Shown one piece after another: positions 10,026-20,611 of a DNA stretch of 64,000 nucleotides (positions within the stretch are counted from its first letter, which is position 1; every line of letters starts with the position of its first letter). The position numbers and the translations under genes were made by a program. The notes under the pieces were generated by a model, which saw only the letters and a list, made by a program, of their open reading frames with translations, was not told the origin of the DNA and searched no databases. Origin of the DNA: Blastocladiella emersonii ATCC 22665 (taxonomy: Eukaryota; Fungi; Blastocladiomycota); contig JANHCV010000012.1 in NCBI GenBank assembly GCA_025594325.1, forward strand, positions 372,001 through 436,000. The letters are read 5' to 3'.

Positions 10026-12449
10026 ATGGCCCCTCGCGGAAAGGGCAACTTCAAGAACAAGGGCGGCGCCGCTGCGCCCGCGCCGGCCAAGAAGGCTGCC
10101 GCGCCCAAGGCCGCTGGTAAGGCCGGTAAGGCCGCCGCCGGCAAGAAGCCCGCCGGCAAGTCGGGCATGTCGCTCGACGCCTTCCTCGCGGCCGAGCCCG
10201 ACATGGACGACGAGGAGGACGCGGTCGCGTCGGATGTCGACATGGACGACATGAGCGACGGCGAGTACGGCGATCTGCCCGCGTACTCGGACGACGACGA
10301 GGACGAGGATGCCGATGACGAGTCGGACGCGAGCGATGCCGACGAGGAAGAGGAGGCGTCGGACGACGACGAGGAGGACGCCGAGGCCGAGGACGCGGAC
10401 GAGGCGTCCAAGCACAAGCGCGAGCTCGAGAAGCTCAAGGAGTCGCAGCCCGAGTTCTACCAGTTCCTGCTCGAGAACGACAGCGGGCTGCTGGACTTCG
10501 ACAACTCGGACCACGAGCTCGAGGACGACGCGGCCGACGCCGAGTCGGCGCAGTTCATCCAGGAGGCGGCGGCCAAGGCCAAGACGGTCATCACCAAGGA
10601 GCTGATTGGCGAGTGGGAGAAGGACCTCGACGCCAAGGTCACCACCAACAACATCAAGCGCATCGTCGTCGCGTTCCGGTCGGCCGTCCAGGGCGACAAG
10701 GACTCGGAGACGCTCGGGTTCTCGATCGGCAGCACCACGGTCCACCGCAAGATCATCATCCTCGCCTTCAAGCACGTCCCCGTGTACCTCACCGGTCTGC
10801 TCGGCACCTCGCCAACGTACGTTTTCTCGTGGTCCTCGTCTCTCGACGACCTTCGCACTGACACGCACACGTCCGCCCCAAACAGAGTCGCGTCGTCGCC
10901 CAAGTGGAAGAAGGTGTCGGCCATGGTCAAGGTGTTTGTGACCAACGCGCTCAAGCTGCTCAAGGACCTGACGGACGCGTCCATGGTCGAGTTCCTGCTG
11001 CAGGAGTTGCACTCCTGCGTGCGGTACCTGCTGGCGTTCCCGCGCGTGTCCAAGGACTACTTCCGCCTGCTGCTCTCCCTGTGGGGCACGTCGCAGCACG
11101 ACCACCTGCGCGTCAAGGCCTTCGCGAGCATCCGGTACCTGGCCGAGACGCACCCGAAAAAGTTCCTGGAGCCGGCGCTCAAGGGCACCTACATGATGTT
11201 CGTCAAGACGTGCCGACGGACCACGGTGCACACGCTGCCGACCATCAACCTGCTGACGCGGTGCGCGGCCGAGGCGTACGGGCTCGACGCGGACATGAGC
11301 TACCAGTTCGCCTTCATCTACATCCGGCAGCTGGCGATCCACCTGCGCAACGCCATGGCGGCCAAGACCAAGGAGTCGTACAAGCTCGTGTACCAGTGGC
11401 AGTACGTGCACTCGCTGCGGTTCTGGGCCAGCATCCTGATCACGTACGCGCCGCGCGGCGCCAAGCACCCGCTCGCGGCCCTCGTCTATCCGCTGGTCCA
11501 GGTCATGTCGGGCGTGATCCGGCTCGTGCCCACGCCGCACTACCACCCGCTGCACCTGCACCTGCTCGCCTCGCTCACGGACATTGCGCGCGTGTGCGGC
11601 GTGTACATCCCGCTGGCGCCCTACTACCAGGCGATCCTCGACGGCACCACCGCCGACGCCAAGGCCAAGAAGTCGACGCTCAAGCCCCTGTACCTGCCGA
11701 CGTACATCCGGTGCCCGAAGCAGTACGCCGGCACCCGCGTCTACGCGTCCAACGTCCGCAACGCCGTGTACATGGGCCAGCTGCGGTACCTCGCCGCGCT
11801 GTCGGCCAACATCGCGTTCCCGGAGCTCACGATCCCTGTCGTCGTCGGGCTCAAGGCCCAGCTCAAGGCCACCAAGGACCCCGCCTGGCACAAGACGGTG
11901 CAGGGCTTCCTCGACAAGATCGACGAGAACCGCAAGTTCATCGCGGCCAAGCGCCAGGCCGCGGACGTTGCGCCGTGCGACGCCAACGCCCTCGTCAACT
12001 TCATGAACGCCATCGAGCCCAGCGACACGCCCCTCGGCAAGTTCGCGGCCGGCGTCGAGAAGGTCGAGGCCAAGCGCATGGCCATGCTCCAGGCCTCGTT
12101 CACGGCCGACTACGACGCGTTCGGCGAGTCGCTCCACGACGATGCCGCCGGTAAGAAGAAGAAGGGCGGCAAGCAGCAGCAGGTGTCCGACTCGGAGGAG
12201 GATTCCGAGGACGACATGGAGGTCGACTCGGACGAGGACGTGTCGGAGGACGCGTCGGACGAGGAGGAGGCCAAGCCCGCGCCCAAGGCTGCTGCCGCGA
12301 GGAAACCCGCCGCCGCCAAGAAGGCCGCCGCGGCCGGCAGGAAGCAGGGCAAGAAGGCCGACCTCGCCGACGACGACGACTTCATGGCCGAGCTGCGCGG
12401 GCTCACGACCGTGTCCGACGACATGGACATGGACATGGACTCGGACTAA
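10026..12449 (+). CDS. NOC2: Nucleolar complex protein 2
   Basis: Acidic N-terminus, LKESQPEFYQFL, FAFIYIRQLAIHLRNA, VYQWQYVHSLRFW; in-frame intron 10817-10885. Confidence 0.97.
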   Translation: MAPRGKGNFKNKGGAAAPAPAKKAAAPKAAGKAGKAAAGKKPAGKSGMSLDAFLAAEPDMDDEEDAVASDVDMDDMSDGEYGDLPAYSDDDEDEDADDESDASDADEEEEASDDDEEDAEAEDADEASKHKRELEKLKESQPEFYQFLLENDSGLLDFDNSDHELEDDAADAESAQFIQEAAAKAKTVITKELIGEWEKDLDAKVTTNNIKRIVVAFRSAVQGDKDSETLGFSIGSTTVHRKIIILAFKHVPVYLTGLLGTSPTYVFSWSSSLDDLRTDTHTSAPNRVASSPKWKKVSAMVKVFVTNALKLLKDLTDASMVEFLLQELHSCVRYLLAFPRVSKDYFRLLLSLWGTSQHDHLRVKAFASIRYLAETHPKKFLEPALKGTYMMFVKTCRRTTVHTLPTINLLTRCAAEAYGLDADMSYQFAFIYIRQLAIHLRNAMAAKTKESYKLVYQWQYVHSLRFWASILITYAPRGAKHPLAALVYPLVQVMSGVIRLVPTPHYHPLHLHLLASLTDIARVCGVYIPLAPYYQAILDGTTADAKAKKSTLKPLYLPTYIRCPKQYAGTRVYASNVRNAVYMGQLRYLAALSANIAFPELTIPVVVGLKAQLKATKDPAWHKTVQGFLDKIDENRKFIAAKRQAADVAPCDANALVNFMNAIEPSDTPLGKFAAGVEKVEAKRMAMLQASFTADYDAFGESLHDDAAGKKKKGGKQQQVSDSEEDSEDDMEVDSDEDVSEDASDEEEAKPAPKAAAARKPAAAKKAAAAGRKQGKKADLADDDDFMAELRGLTTVSDDMDMDMDSD

Positions 12450-12597
12450 GGCCGTGGTGCTGCGTGGTTGCGATGGTATTAGCGAATATATAGTCTCCCC
12501 GTTTTGTTCAAGTCGCCGGAGTGTGTCAGCGAGAACCGAGGTCGATCAACACGGCCACGAGCCGACCCCATCTCCTCTTCAACACGCTACAGCAGCC

Positions 12598-13677
12598 ATG
12601 TATCTCTCCCACCTGCGCACAACTACGCGCAACCTATCCACCTCGGCCCTCCCCTTCGCAGCGTGCGCACACCTCGCGTCGCGCCGCGTGCTGGCGGTCC
12701 GCGGCGCCGCGGCGACCGACTTCCTGCAGGGCCTGGTGACGCAGCACATGCCGCGGGTCGCGTCCTCGGCGCCGCTCGCCCCGCACTACGCCGCGTTCCT
12801 GACGCCGCAGGGCCGCGTGTTGTACGACGCGTTCGTGTACCGGTCCGGCGAGGAGGACGGGTTCTTGCTGGATGTGCACGCCGACCACGCGGTGCCGCTG
12901 CACGCGCACCTGCGCCGGTACCGGCTGCGCACCAAGGTCGAGGTCGCGGACGTTTCGGCGGGGTACGGCGTGTGGGCTGCGTGGGGCGTCGCCGATGTGG
13001 GTAGTGCGGATCCGCGGTGGACCGGGCTCGGCGCGCGCGCGCTCGTCCCTGCGGGCGAGGCGGTGCCCGAGTGGAACGCGGAAAAAGTCAGCGAGCAGGA
13101 GTACACGCTGCGCCGGCTCGTGCTGGGCGTCCCCGAGGGCACCGATTTTGCGCCGGGCACGGCGTTGCCGCTCGAGAGCAACTTCGAGTACTTGAACGCG
13201 AGTGCGTCGCCGCTTCACCCTCTCGCTCTCGCCGTCGTGATAACTGACGCGACCGCCTGTAGTCGACTTCCGCAAGGGCTGCTACGTCGGCCAAGAGCTG
13301 ACGATCCGGACGCACCACACGGGCGTGGTGCGCAAGCGGATCGTGCCCGTGGTCGTCGAGCGCGCCGACTCTTCCCCGTCTTCCTCGCCCAAGTCGCCGG
13401 CCGAGGCGCTGGACCGGACCGCCGACATGGCGCTGCCGAGCCAGGGTGCGGATATTGGTGGTGAAGGCGGGCGCGCGGTCGGCAAGTGGGCGGCGGGCGC
13501 GTGCAATGTCGGGCTCGCGCTGATGCGGCTCGAGGCAGTCGATGGCGTGCGGCGGTTCGAGGTCAAGGGGGCGCCGGGGGTCGTGGTGCGGCCGGTGATT
13601 CCTGGTACGTTTCTCTGGGTGCAAACTGATGAGAGGAGAGCTAACGCGGAAGAGTAGAGTGGTGGCCCAAGCAGTAG
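12598..13677 (+). CDS. IBA57: Mitochondrial Fe-S assembly factor (GcvT/YgfZ family)
   Basis: [18 protein letters not shown], spliced [14 protein letters not shown]; introns 13202-13262 and 13605-13657. Confidence 0.93.
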
Positions 13678-13735
13678 CAGCAGTATAAGAAGCAGAACAA
13701 CAAACGAACGAATATACTGACAACGACAAACTCAC

Positions 13736-14550
13736 TTAATCCTTCTTGAGGTCGTACGACTCCTTGCGCACGCCGTCCTTGGTGATGATAAAGATCTCGA
13801 CGCAGTCGCCCGTGTAAATGTCGCGCTCGGTGGCCGAGGTGAAGGCGTCCTTGACGAGCTGGAGGGCCTTGGCGAGGGGCAGGAACGGCGGGTTCTTTTC
13901 CAGCGGCATGTTCTTGAACCCGACCTGGTTGTCGAGGAACGGCTGGATCAGGGACACGCCCGACCCGGCGGCCTGCCACCGGTACTTTTCGAACGACCCG
14001 ACCGGGTCGTAGTTGAAGATGCACCCGCGGCCCTCCTCGTCGAGCCCCGCCAGGATGTTGTGCACGTAGTACGGGAAGAAGCGCTTGCCGTACAGCGTGA
14101 TGGACAGCAGCTGCGCGAGCGCCGGCGTCGACATGGGCTTGTCGTGGTCGAACTCGTACTGCACGATGCGCTGCTTCAGGTACGTCGTCAGCGCCGTCGC
14201 GTCCGCGTAGAAGCCGCAGCACGAGACGACCGTCGACTCGTTGCTGGACGTGTGAGCGGGGGTGTTAGTGCGTGTCGGTGTGTGGTGCAGCGAGGGAGCG
14301 TACAGCTGAAAGGCCTTGGGCGCGTTGCGCGAGTTGATGTTGTAGCCCTCGGACTGGCGCGTGTCGGCGGCGATGATGGCGTAGTCCTCGCCGGCGATGG
14401 CGACGGCCGTGCTACACCGGGAGTGTCAGGCTCCCGTCGCGCGGCAAGCGGCGAGCGAGCGCAGGCATACCCGCCGTTGTCGGCGTAGGGGTCGACGCGG
14501 CGCTGCATGGCGGCGGCGTGGTGGGTGGCGGCCGGGGCGTCGGCGAGCAT
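13736..14550 (-). CDS. PRE7: 20S proteasome subunit beta-6 (PSMB1)
   Basis: DPYADNGG|T.VAIAGED..IAADTR, LYGKRFFPYYV, FTSATERDIYTGD; two introns. Confidence 0.97.
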
Positions 14551-14754
14551 GGTGTTGATTCGTAGATGCGTAGCAGGTTCCTGGGAACGAGCGGAGAAGA
14601 AAGTGAACGACGCGCCGGGCGGCGATGACGGCGGAGCGACGCGCGGCAGTGACACGTTTGGCACGCCGCCGTCACGCCCCTCGTTTTCCCCGGTCGGCCC
14701 TCCCTCCTCTACCGTTCCCCCTAAATCACCGCTACGACGCAACGACTGCATGCA

Positions 14755-15546
14755 ATGAGCTCCGCGCGACCCATAGATCAGCCCACCCCCGCAAAGCCCG
14801 ACGACGGGTGGACGACGTGCGTCGACGAGGCGTCGGGCGACTCGTACTACTGGAACACGGTGACGGGCGAGACGACGTGGGACAACCCGTACTCGTCTTC
14901 CGCTGCCGCCAAGCCCGAGGCACCGCGCCTGCCCGGGTCCGCGCCCACGGCCACCGACATTGACCTCGACGCGATCCACCCGGACCGCCGCGCCTTCTTC
15001 ACGGGCGGCGCACCGCCCCAGTCGACGAGCGACTTTGGGGGTGGCGGGAGCGGCTTCTCCAAGGCCAACGAGGCGGCCGCGCACCTCGACCACCTGCTGC
15101 ACACGATCGACGCCGTCAACAACGGGACCGCGCGCGCGAGCCCCGCCGAGCTGCTCGCCATGGCGGGCGCGAGCGGTCCGCGGCCCACGCTGCGCGCCGT
15201 GCGCGGGGTGCTGGCGTCGCGCACCGCTGGCGGCGACGTTCCCGCGGCCGCGGTCGCACCACCAGGAGTCGGCGACGGCGTCGCGCCGCTCGACCCGGAG
15301 ATTGCGGCCATCATCGCGTCGGCGCCCATCACGTCGACCTCGTCGCGCACGGGCGGCGGGATCATGAGCCACTACTTTGACGAGGACGCGTACCAGGACG
15401 AGGTCAACCGGCGGAAAGCCGCCGAGCGCGAGGCGGGCCCCGGCCAGGAGCGCCGCAAGGTGTCCAAGACCCAGCTCGCCAACTACCGCGCGAAAAAGGA
15501 GGAGCACAAGAAGCGCAAGTTCATGTCCAAGTTCGCCAACATCTGA
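14755..15546 (+). CDS. WW-domain protein with basic C-terminal helix
   Basis: W..CVDEASGDSYYWNTVTGETTWDNP WW motif; C-terminal MSHYFD..Y..EVN...KKEEHKKRK. Confidence 0.85.
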   Translation: MSSARPIDQPTPAKPDDGWTTCVDEASGDSYYWNTVTGETTWDNPYSSSAAAKPEAPRLPGSAPTATDIDLDAIHPDRRAFFTGGAPPQSTSDFGGGGSGFSKANEAAAHLDHLLHTIDAVNNGTARASPAELLAMAGASGPRPTLRAVRGVLASRTAGGDVPAAAVAPPGVGDGVAPLDPEIAAIIASAPITSTSSRTGGGIMSHYFDEDAYQDEVNRRKAAEREAGPGQERRKVSKTQLANYRAKKEEHKKRKFMSKFANI

Positions 15547-15959
15547 TGCTGTCCGATTGAATGAATCCCATTTGCGGAATGAGCCTCGTCACGTTGCGCT
15601 GCGACCGCGACAGAGAGATCTGCGAGAGGGTGTATTACCAGCCCGACGAGGCTGGGAGTAAATGCGGCACACCCGCCGCGCCACCCTTTCCGCGCTGCGC
15701 CGCCACCCTCGCTCTCCTCTCCCGCATCACGGCGACCATCATTTATCACGGCCATCGTTAGACGACGCGGGGGAGAAGAAGCGAAACGAACGGAGAGCGT
15801 CACGCCGCGATCACACCGGCCCGCGCTTTAGCGTTTCCGGCCCGTCCCTGCATCCCGCCCTCTCTCTCCCCACCACCAACGCCGCACTACTTGCTACGCA
15901 AACAACAACAACTGCACTACCCGCACTGCACTCGGGCCGCCCGCGCCACCGACCGCACC

Positions 15960-18194
15960 ATGTCGAACATCGGGCACTTCCTCATCCTGCCGAACCCGGC
16001 GCACAAGCCCAACTACTACGCCGGGTTCCCGGGCATCTCGCCGTCCTTCCCGCCCTCGATCGTGTGCATCGTGTACCTGCAGCTGCTCGCCGACGTGCCC
16101 GCCACCGCCGTCACCCTGACCCTCAAGACCAAGCTCAAGGCCTCGGCCGCGTGCGCGCCGTCCGCCGCCGCCACGGCCGCCGCCGAGTCGGCCGTCCGCG
16201 AGTCCCTGTCGGTGCCCGGCACGCCCGACCTCGACCACGGGTCTGCGTCACCATCATCGGGCCCCGCGGCAAAACCCGTGCGGTTCCCGCTCAAGAGGCG
16301 CATCCACCACACCCAGTACACGCTGTGGGAGCACGGCAACCTGGTCGACGAGGCGTACCAGGACGCGCACCAGTTCACGGTCCGCTACGTGTCGCCGTCG
16401 AGCGTGTACACGGTGCGGCAAGACGTGGACGCGGTGCTGCGCGCGCAGCTCGAGCAACGCGCGGCCGCCGGCGTCACGTCGCCGACCTTCGAGACGCACG
16501 AGTTCCTCGAGAAACCATCGCTGTTCCCGCACAAGCAGTACCCGGACCCGACCCGCACCCTCGCGCGCGGCGTGCACCTGTTTTACGTCGAGCTGCCCGT
16601 CCCCGACACGGTCCCCGGGACCCTCGCGCTGCCGATGTTGGGGGTGAGCCACACGCTGACGTGCAAGCTGTACACGGCCACCCCGAAGTTCCCGCTCAAC
16701 CTCGTCCGCCGCCGGTGGGTGTCGCGCACCGACGCGCCGATCCGGCTCCCGCGGTACAACGTGCTCGACGCGTACCTCGCCGACAGCCCCGTCCGCGTGC
16801 GCAACGCCCCCGAGAGCGCTGTCGGGTTCGAGGTCGCGGTGCCCTCGCAGGCTGTGGTCGCCGGCACCATCTTGCCCGTCACCGTGCGCCTCGTCCCGGA
16901 CCCGCGCTTCTTCACCCAGCCCCCGGCCTCGGGTGTGGACGTGATTGGCGGCATCCCTGTCCCGACCACTGCCCGCACCCAGCCGCCCGCGCCGCGCGTC
17001 GAGCTCGCCCTGCACCAGACGGTCATCCTGCGCGCGTGGCGCGCCGGCAGCCGCCGCCCCGCGGGCGACCGCCGCATCACGACCGTCCTCGGCCAGACCG
17101 AGGACGTGTCCAAGCTCAGCGGCGACCTGTGGTGCAAGACGATTGGCATCCTCATCCCGCGCACGTCCACGTTCATGTACACGCCCGGCCGACCGCCGAG
17201 TTCACGGTCGCTCGTGCCCAGCTGCCATTTCCGGATCGATCTCTCGGACCCGCGGACCCGCGGCAGCGGGACGGGGGAAGGGAAGAAGCCCCGTAAACTG
17301 CGCCGCCGCCGCGGGGATGAGGCCACCATCACGTCGCCCACGGCATCGTCGCTCGCGAGCTGTGACGAGTTTGGCGGCGGGGGTGCGGAGAGCGAGTTCA
17401 GCGACTGGTACGGCGACGGCGAGTCGGGCGACGACGACGAGGACGTGGACCTCGCGAGCGAGTGGGACCCCGAAACCCGCCCGCGCCCGTCGATCGAGTC
17501 GCGCGTCCACTCGATCCTCGCGCGCGAGCCGCCCGCGCGCGCCGCGACCCCCGCCTCGTCCCAGACCGCGGGGTCCGGCATGTTCACGCACCTCCGCCGC
17601 GCCATGTCGTCGCTCAGCCTCGCCGCTGCGCCGTCTGCGCCCACGCCGGGTGGCGCGACGCGCGTCCTCGAACCCCGGTCCTCGTTCGCGTCGCTCCGCG
17701 GCGGATCCGCGTCCGCCGGGTCGTCCCCGCGCACGCCGACCCCGCGGCCCATCTACACGCGCACCGACTCGGTCGGGACCGGCAGCACGGGTGGCGGGCT
17801 CGCGATGTCGTCGTCGTCGTCGTCGGGCGCGAGTCTCCGCAGCCCGCCGCCCAGCGCGGCGGCGTCGCCCATCGCCATTGCGCGACCCGCGAGCCCGTGG
17901 TCGTCGTCCATCCGCTCCCCCGTGCCCGCGGCGGCGCCCGTCGAGGTCAACACGCTCCTCCCGCCGTCGTACCGCGAGCTCGACATGCCGATGCCCATGA
18001 CGTGCGCCGCCGAGACGGACGCCGACTTGTTGCCCATGGGGACCGAGGTGCTCGAGGTCCGCGTGCGCCACGAGCTCGTCGTCTTCGGGACCGTCGGCGG
18101 TGGGGCCGAGAAGGTGGATGTCCGGATCCCGATCTTGGTGAATGAGGGCGACGATACCACGCGGGCCGAGATTTTGCGGTACGTGTGCGCGTAA
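15960..18194 (+). CDS. Alpha-arrestin-like adaptor with PY motif
   Basis: Intronless native-codon ORF; beta-sandwich-like segments (FYVELPVP..PGT, AVVAGTILPVTV), S/P-rich insert, LPPSY followed by VRHEL. Confidence 0.6.
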   Translation: MSNIGHFLILPNPAHKPNYYAGFPGISPSFPPSIVCIVYLQLLADVPATAVTLTLKTKLKASAACAPSAAATAAAESAVRESLSVPGTPDLDHGSASPSSGPAAKPVRFPLKRRIHHTQYTLWEHGNLVDEAYQDAHQFTVRYVSPSSVYTVRQDVDAVLRAQLEQRAAAGVTSPTFETHEFLEKPSLFPHKQYPDPTRTLARGVHLFYVELPVPDTVPGTLALPMLGVSHTLTCKLYTATPKFPLNLVRRRWVSRTDAPIRLPRYNVLDAYLADSPVRVRNAPESAVGFEVAVPSQAVVAGTILPVTVRLVPDPRFFTQPPASGVDVIGGIPVPTTARTQPPAPRVELALHQTVILRAWRAGSRRPAGDRRITTVLGQTEDVSKLSGDLWCKTIGILIPRTSTFMYTPGRPPSSRSLVPSCHFRIDLSDPRTRGSGTGEGKKPRKLRRRRGDEATITSPTASSLASCDEFGGGGAESEFSDWYGDGESGDDDEDVDLASEWDPETRPRPSIESRVHSILAREPPARAATPASSQTAGSGMFTHLRRAMSSLSLAAAPSAPTPGGATRVLEPRSSFASLRGGSASAGSSPRTPTPRPIYTRTDSVGTGSTGGGLAMSSSSSSGASLRSPPPSAAASPIAIARPASPWSSSIRSPVPAAAPVEVNTLLPPSYRELDMPMPMTCAAETDADLLPMGTEVLEVRVRHELVVFGTVGGGAEKVDVRIPILVNEGDDTTRAEILRYVCA

Positions 18195-18940
18195 CGAAGA
18201 GGAGGTGATAGAGAAACTGGTAATACATTGCTTTGAGACTCAACGATGGGGTGGTAAAGGGTGTGAGGGTCCCGCGGCGCGTTGCGGCTCCCTTGCGCGA
18301 GTTGGACCCTAGATGAGCGGGTACCGAGAATGATGGATTCACTCATGGAAACATGCAACCAACGCACGCGCGAGCGCGTAGAACGGAGAGTGCGACGCGC
18401 GTCGTGCTACAAGGAGCCGCTGGCGGGCCGGTGCATCGAGCTGTAGCTGCCCGCGCTGTCTCACACGGCAAGGGTAAGGCCATGCACGGCCGACGCGACA
18501 CTGGTTCGCTGCTGCGCATCGTTCGGCCACGGACCTTGACGTAAGGCTTCGAGCCTGTGTCGTTCGCAAGGTGCACGGCGCGGCCAGATCAGCGCAGCGT
18601 TGTTGCTGAGAGCCTCGCAGCCTAGCGCTGGCGCGTGCGTTTGAAGATATGGTTTGTAGGGCTGTGCATCCATCGGATCGTCCAAACCGGCTATCGTGTG
18701 CAGAGATGGTGCAGCCCATCGCCAATCAACGGTCAACAATTTGGCGACTCGGTCGGGTCCCGCGAGGCGCCGCGGCGAGGGGTGGTTCGGGCGCAGGCGC
18801 GCACCAACTATGTCTACCAACAAACGGGGCGCTTGCCACGTCTCACGACGGTTCGTTACAACCTACTTCATTCTCACGCGTTCGCGCTGGCGAGCACTTG
18901 GACGGCACGCGCGGCGGCGACCCGTCGTCGCCCTCGAGTG

Positions 18941-19225
18941 ACCGGCTGATCATCAGCTCACACCGCTCGCCGTGTAGCCCTGCACCCGCGCCTCGACTCG
19001 CAGCTCATCGCACAATTCTGGGACATGCCGCCGGCGCTCGCACCACTCTGGACGCGGTCCGTGGTCCCGCGACCCGTTGCTCCCGAGCGACCGACCGATC
19101 ATTAGCTCACACCGCCCGCTTGCCGTGTAGTTCCACAGCCAATCTTTGACGGAACTCAACCCGCACGTCCCGATCATGGCGCCGTCTCCCGCATTACTCT
19201 GGACCCGGTCCGTGGTCCCGCGCAC
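18941..19225 (+). repeat. Diverged tandem duplication, period about 150 bp
   Basis: gatcat.agctcacaccgc..gccgtgtag and actctggac.cggtccgtggtcccgcg each occur twice (about 18950/19100 and 19045/19195). Confidence 0.8.
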
Positions 19226-19400
19226 GCACCGGCTCGCGCGTCTCTCCGCGACGCGGCAGCAGGGACAGGGGATCGCGTTCCCTACCGGTCTTGCGGCTCG
19301 ATCGAGACGCCGTGCGAGAGTCGCGTCTCTCGTGCGTTCGCTGCTGCGTCGTGGGCGGGCTGCGGGAGAGCCAAGAGGTGCGTGCGCGGGGCCGCCGATC
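19199..19400 (+). mobile_element. MITE-like element, family 1, copy C
   Basis: Left end ggtccgtggtcccgcgcacgc, right end gcgtgcgcggggccg (inverted); internal GGGATCGCGTT and CGAGAGtcgcgtCTCTCG blocks shared with other copies. Confidence 0.55.
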
Positions 19401-20350
19401 GCAGCCTTGGAGGTACGCGAGTCGAAGATGATGGTGAATAGATAGATGATGGTGAATAGATTGTCTTCATTGCGGTCGTGCTGACTGGGCCTCGCCTCGA
19501 GGCGTGTTTAGGGCGAGGTGAGATGGAAAACGCGTAGCTCACATCGGCGTGACTCGAGAGATCAGCTCGGCGCGGCTGCGCGCGGCGCTCGCTCACTCAA
19601 CGGCACCTCCCCCGAACCATACACACTAGATAAACGAATGAAACTTGATGCATTGCGATGCGTAGCGCTCCCGGAGCGACCTTATCTCTTGTGCCGGCCG
19701 TGTTGCACGAATACTTGCACCCGTGAGTCAAACCGACCGCCGACAGCGGCGCACGCGCGGCGACCGAAGACCAAGTCAATATGGTCTGTTCAAGCTTGGA
19801 AGTCCAGCACTACACACGCGTTTGGGCCGGTTCGCTTCCTCAAGCAGAGATGTTGCGGGTCGCTTGATCCCTCGCAGCACCTGTGTCAGCGGATGTGTCC
19901 CTGTATGTCGCCTTGAACCGAATCCAGACGCGGCAATCGAGATTAGACGGTTCTCGCTCATCGCTGCGCAAGCACGTTTTGTACGGCCTCTGCGAAAGGT
20001 CTTAGCAGCAGACGCGATTTGGTTTGTCTGTCCAGGACCAATCTTGGCGCCTCGTGCATCTCTGATCCACACACATTTGCTGGAATGCTATTCACGCTCC
20101 TGCCGGGTCAAACCTGCGCGTCCTGCTTTGGGCTTCCGATGTGTTCGTTCGACTCAACTTGCATGGACGGCTTCAGCGGAGGTCGTTGTTGACATGCCAT
20201 CGCGCAGCCTTTCATCTCTTCGCTCGTCTACGCGCCGCAGATCGGTCACGGACACGTTCTGCGCGTTCAATTTGCTTCGGCCATCGGCTCGACAATCAGC
20301 CGACATCTTCACTCAATCGCATTTCCACACACATCTCAAGTATCGCAAAT

Positions 20351-20611
20351 CAGGTCCATGGTCCCGCGCACGCGCTGGCCGCTTCGCATCGCTCGGGAGC
20401 CAGCTCGGCGACTTGTCGTCGTCCTCGCTGCGCGGTGCAGCCGGGGTCGGGGATCGCGTTTCCCTCCACCCCAAGTCCCGACCAGGACGGCGCGAGAGTC
20501 GCGTTTCTCGCAGCTGCTGCGCTACACAGCGGGCATGGCCGTACCTCCGTTGCTGAGCTTCTTTCCCAGCATGCAATGGCCCACGAGCGCGTGCGCGGGG
20601 CCGTGGATCTG
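20351..20611 (+). mobile_element. MITE-like element, family 1, copy A
   Basis: caggtccatggtcccgcgcacgcgct ... agcgcgtgcgcggggccgtggatctg imperfect terminal inverted repeat of about 26 bp; no TSD identified. Confidence 0.6.

Noticed and set aside
9996-12137. 713-aa antisense ORF over NOC2 (and similar long antisense ORFs over ARPC1, ABCG, VPS9, SSL1)
   Set aside because: Shadow ORFs caused by extreme G/C third-position bias; the opposite strand carries recognisable conserved genes
18941-19400. Repeats as a CRISPR-like array
   Set aside because: Eukaryotic context; units are long, diverged and irregular with no spacer structure
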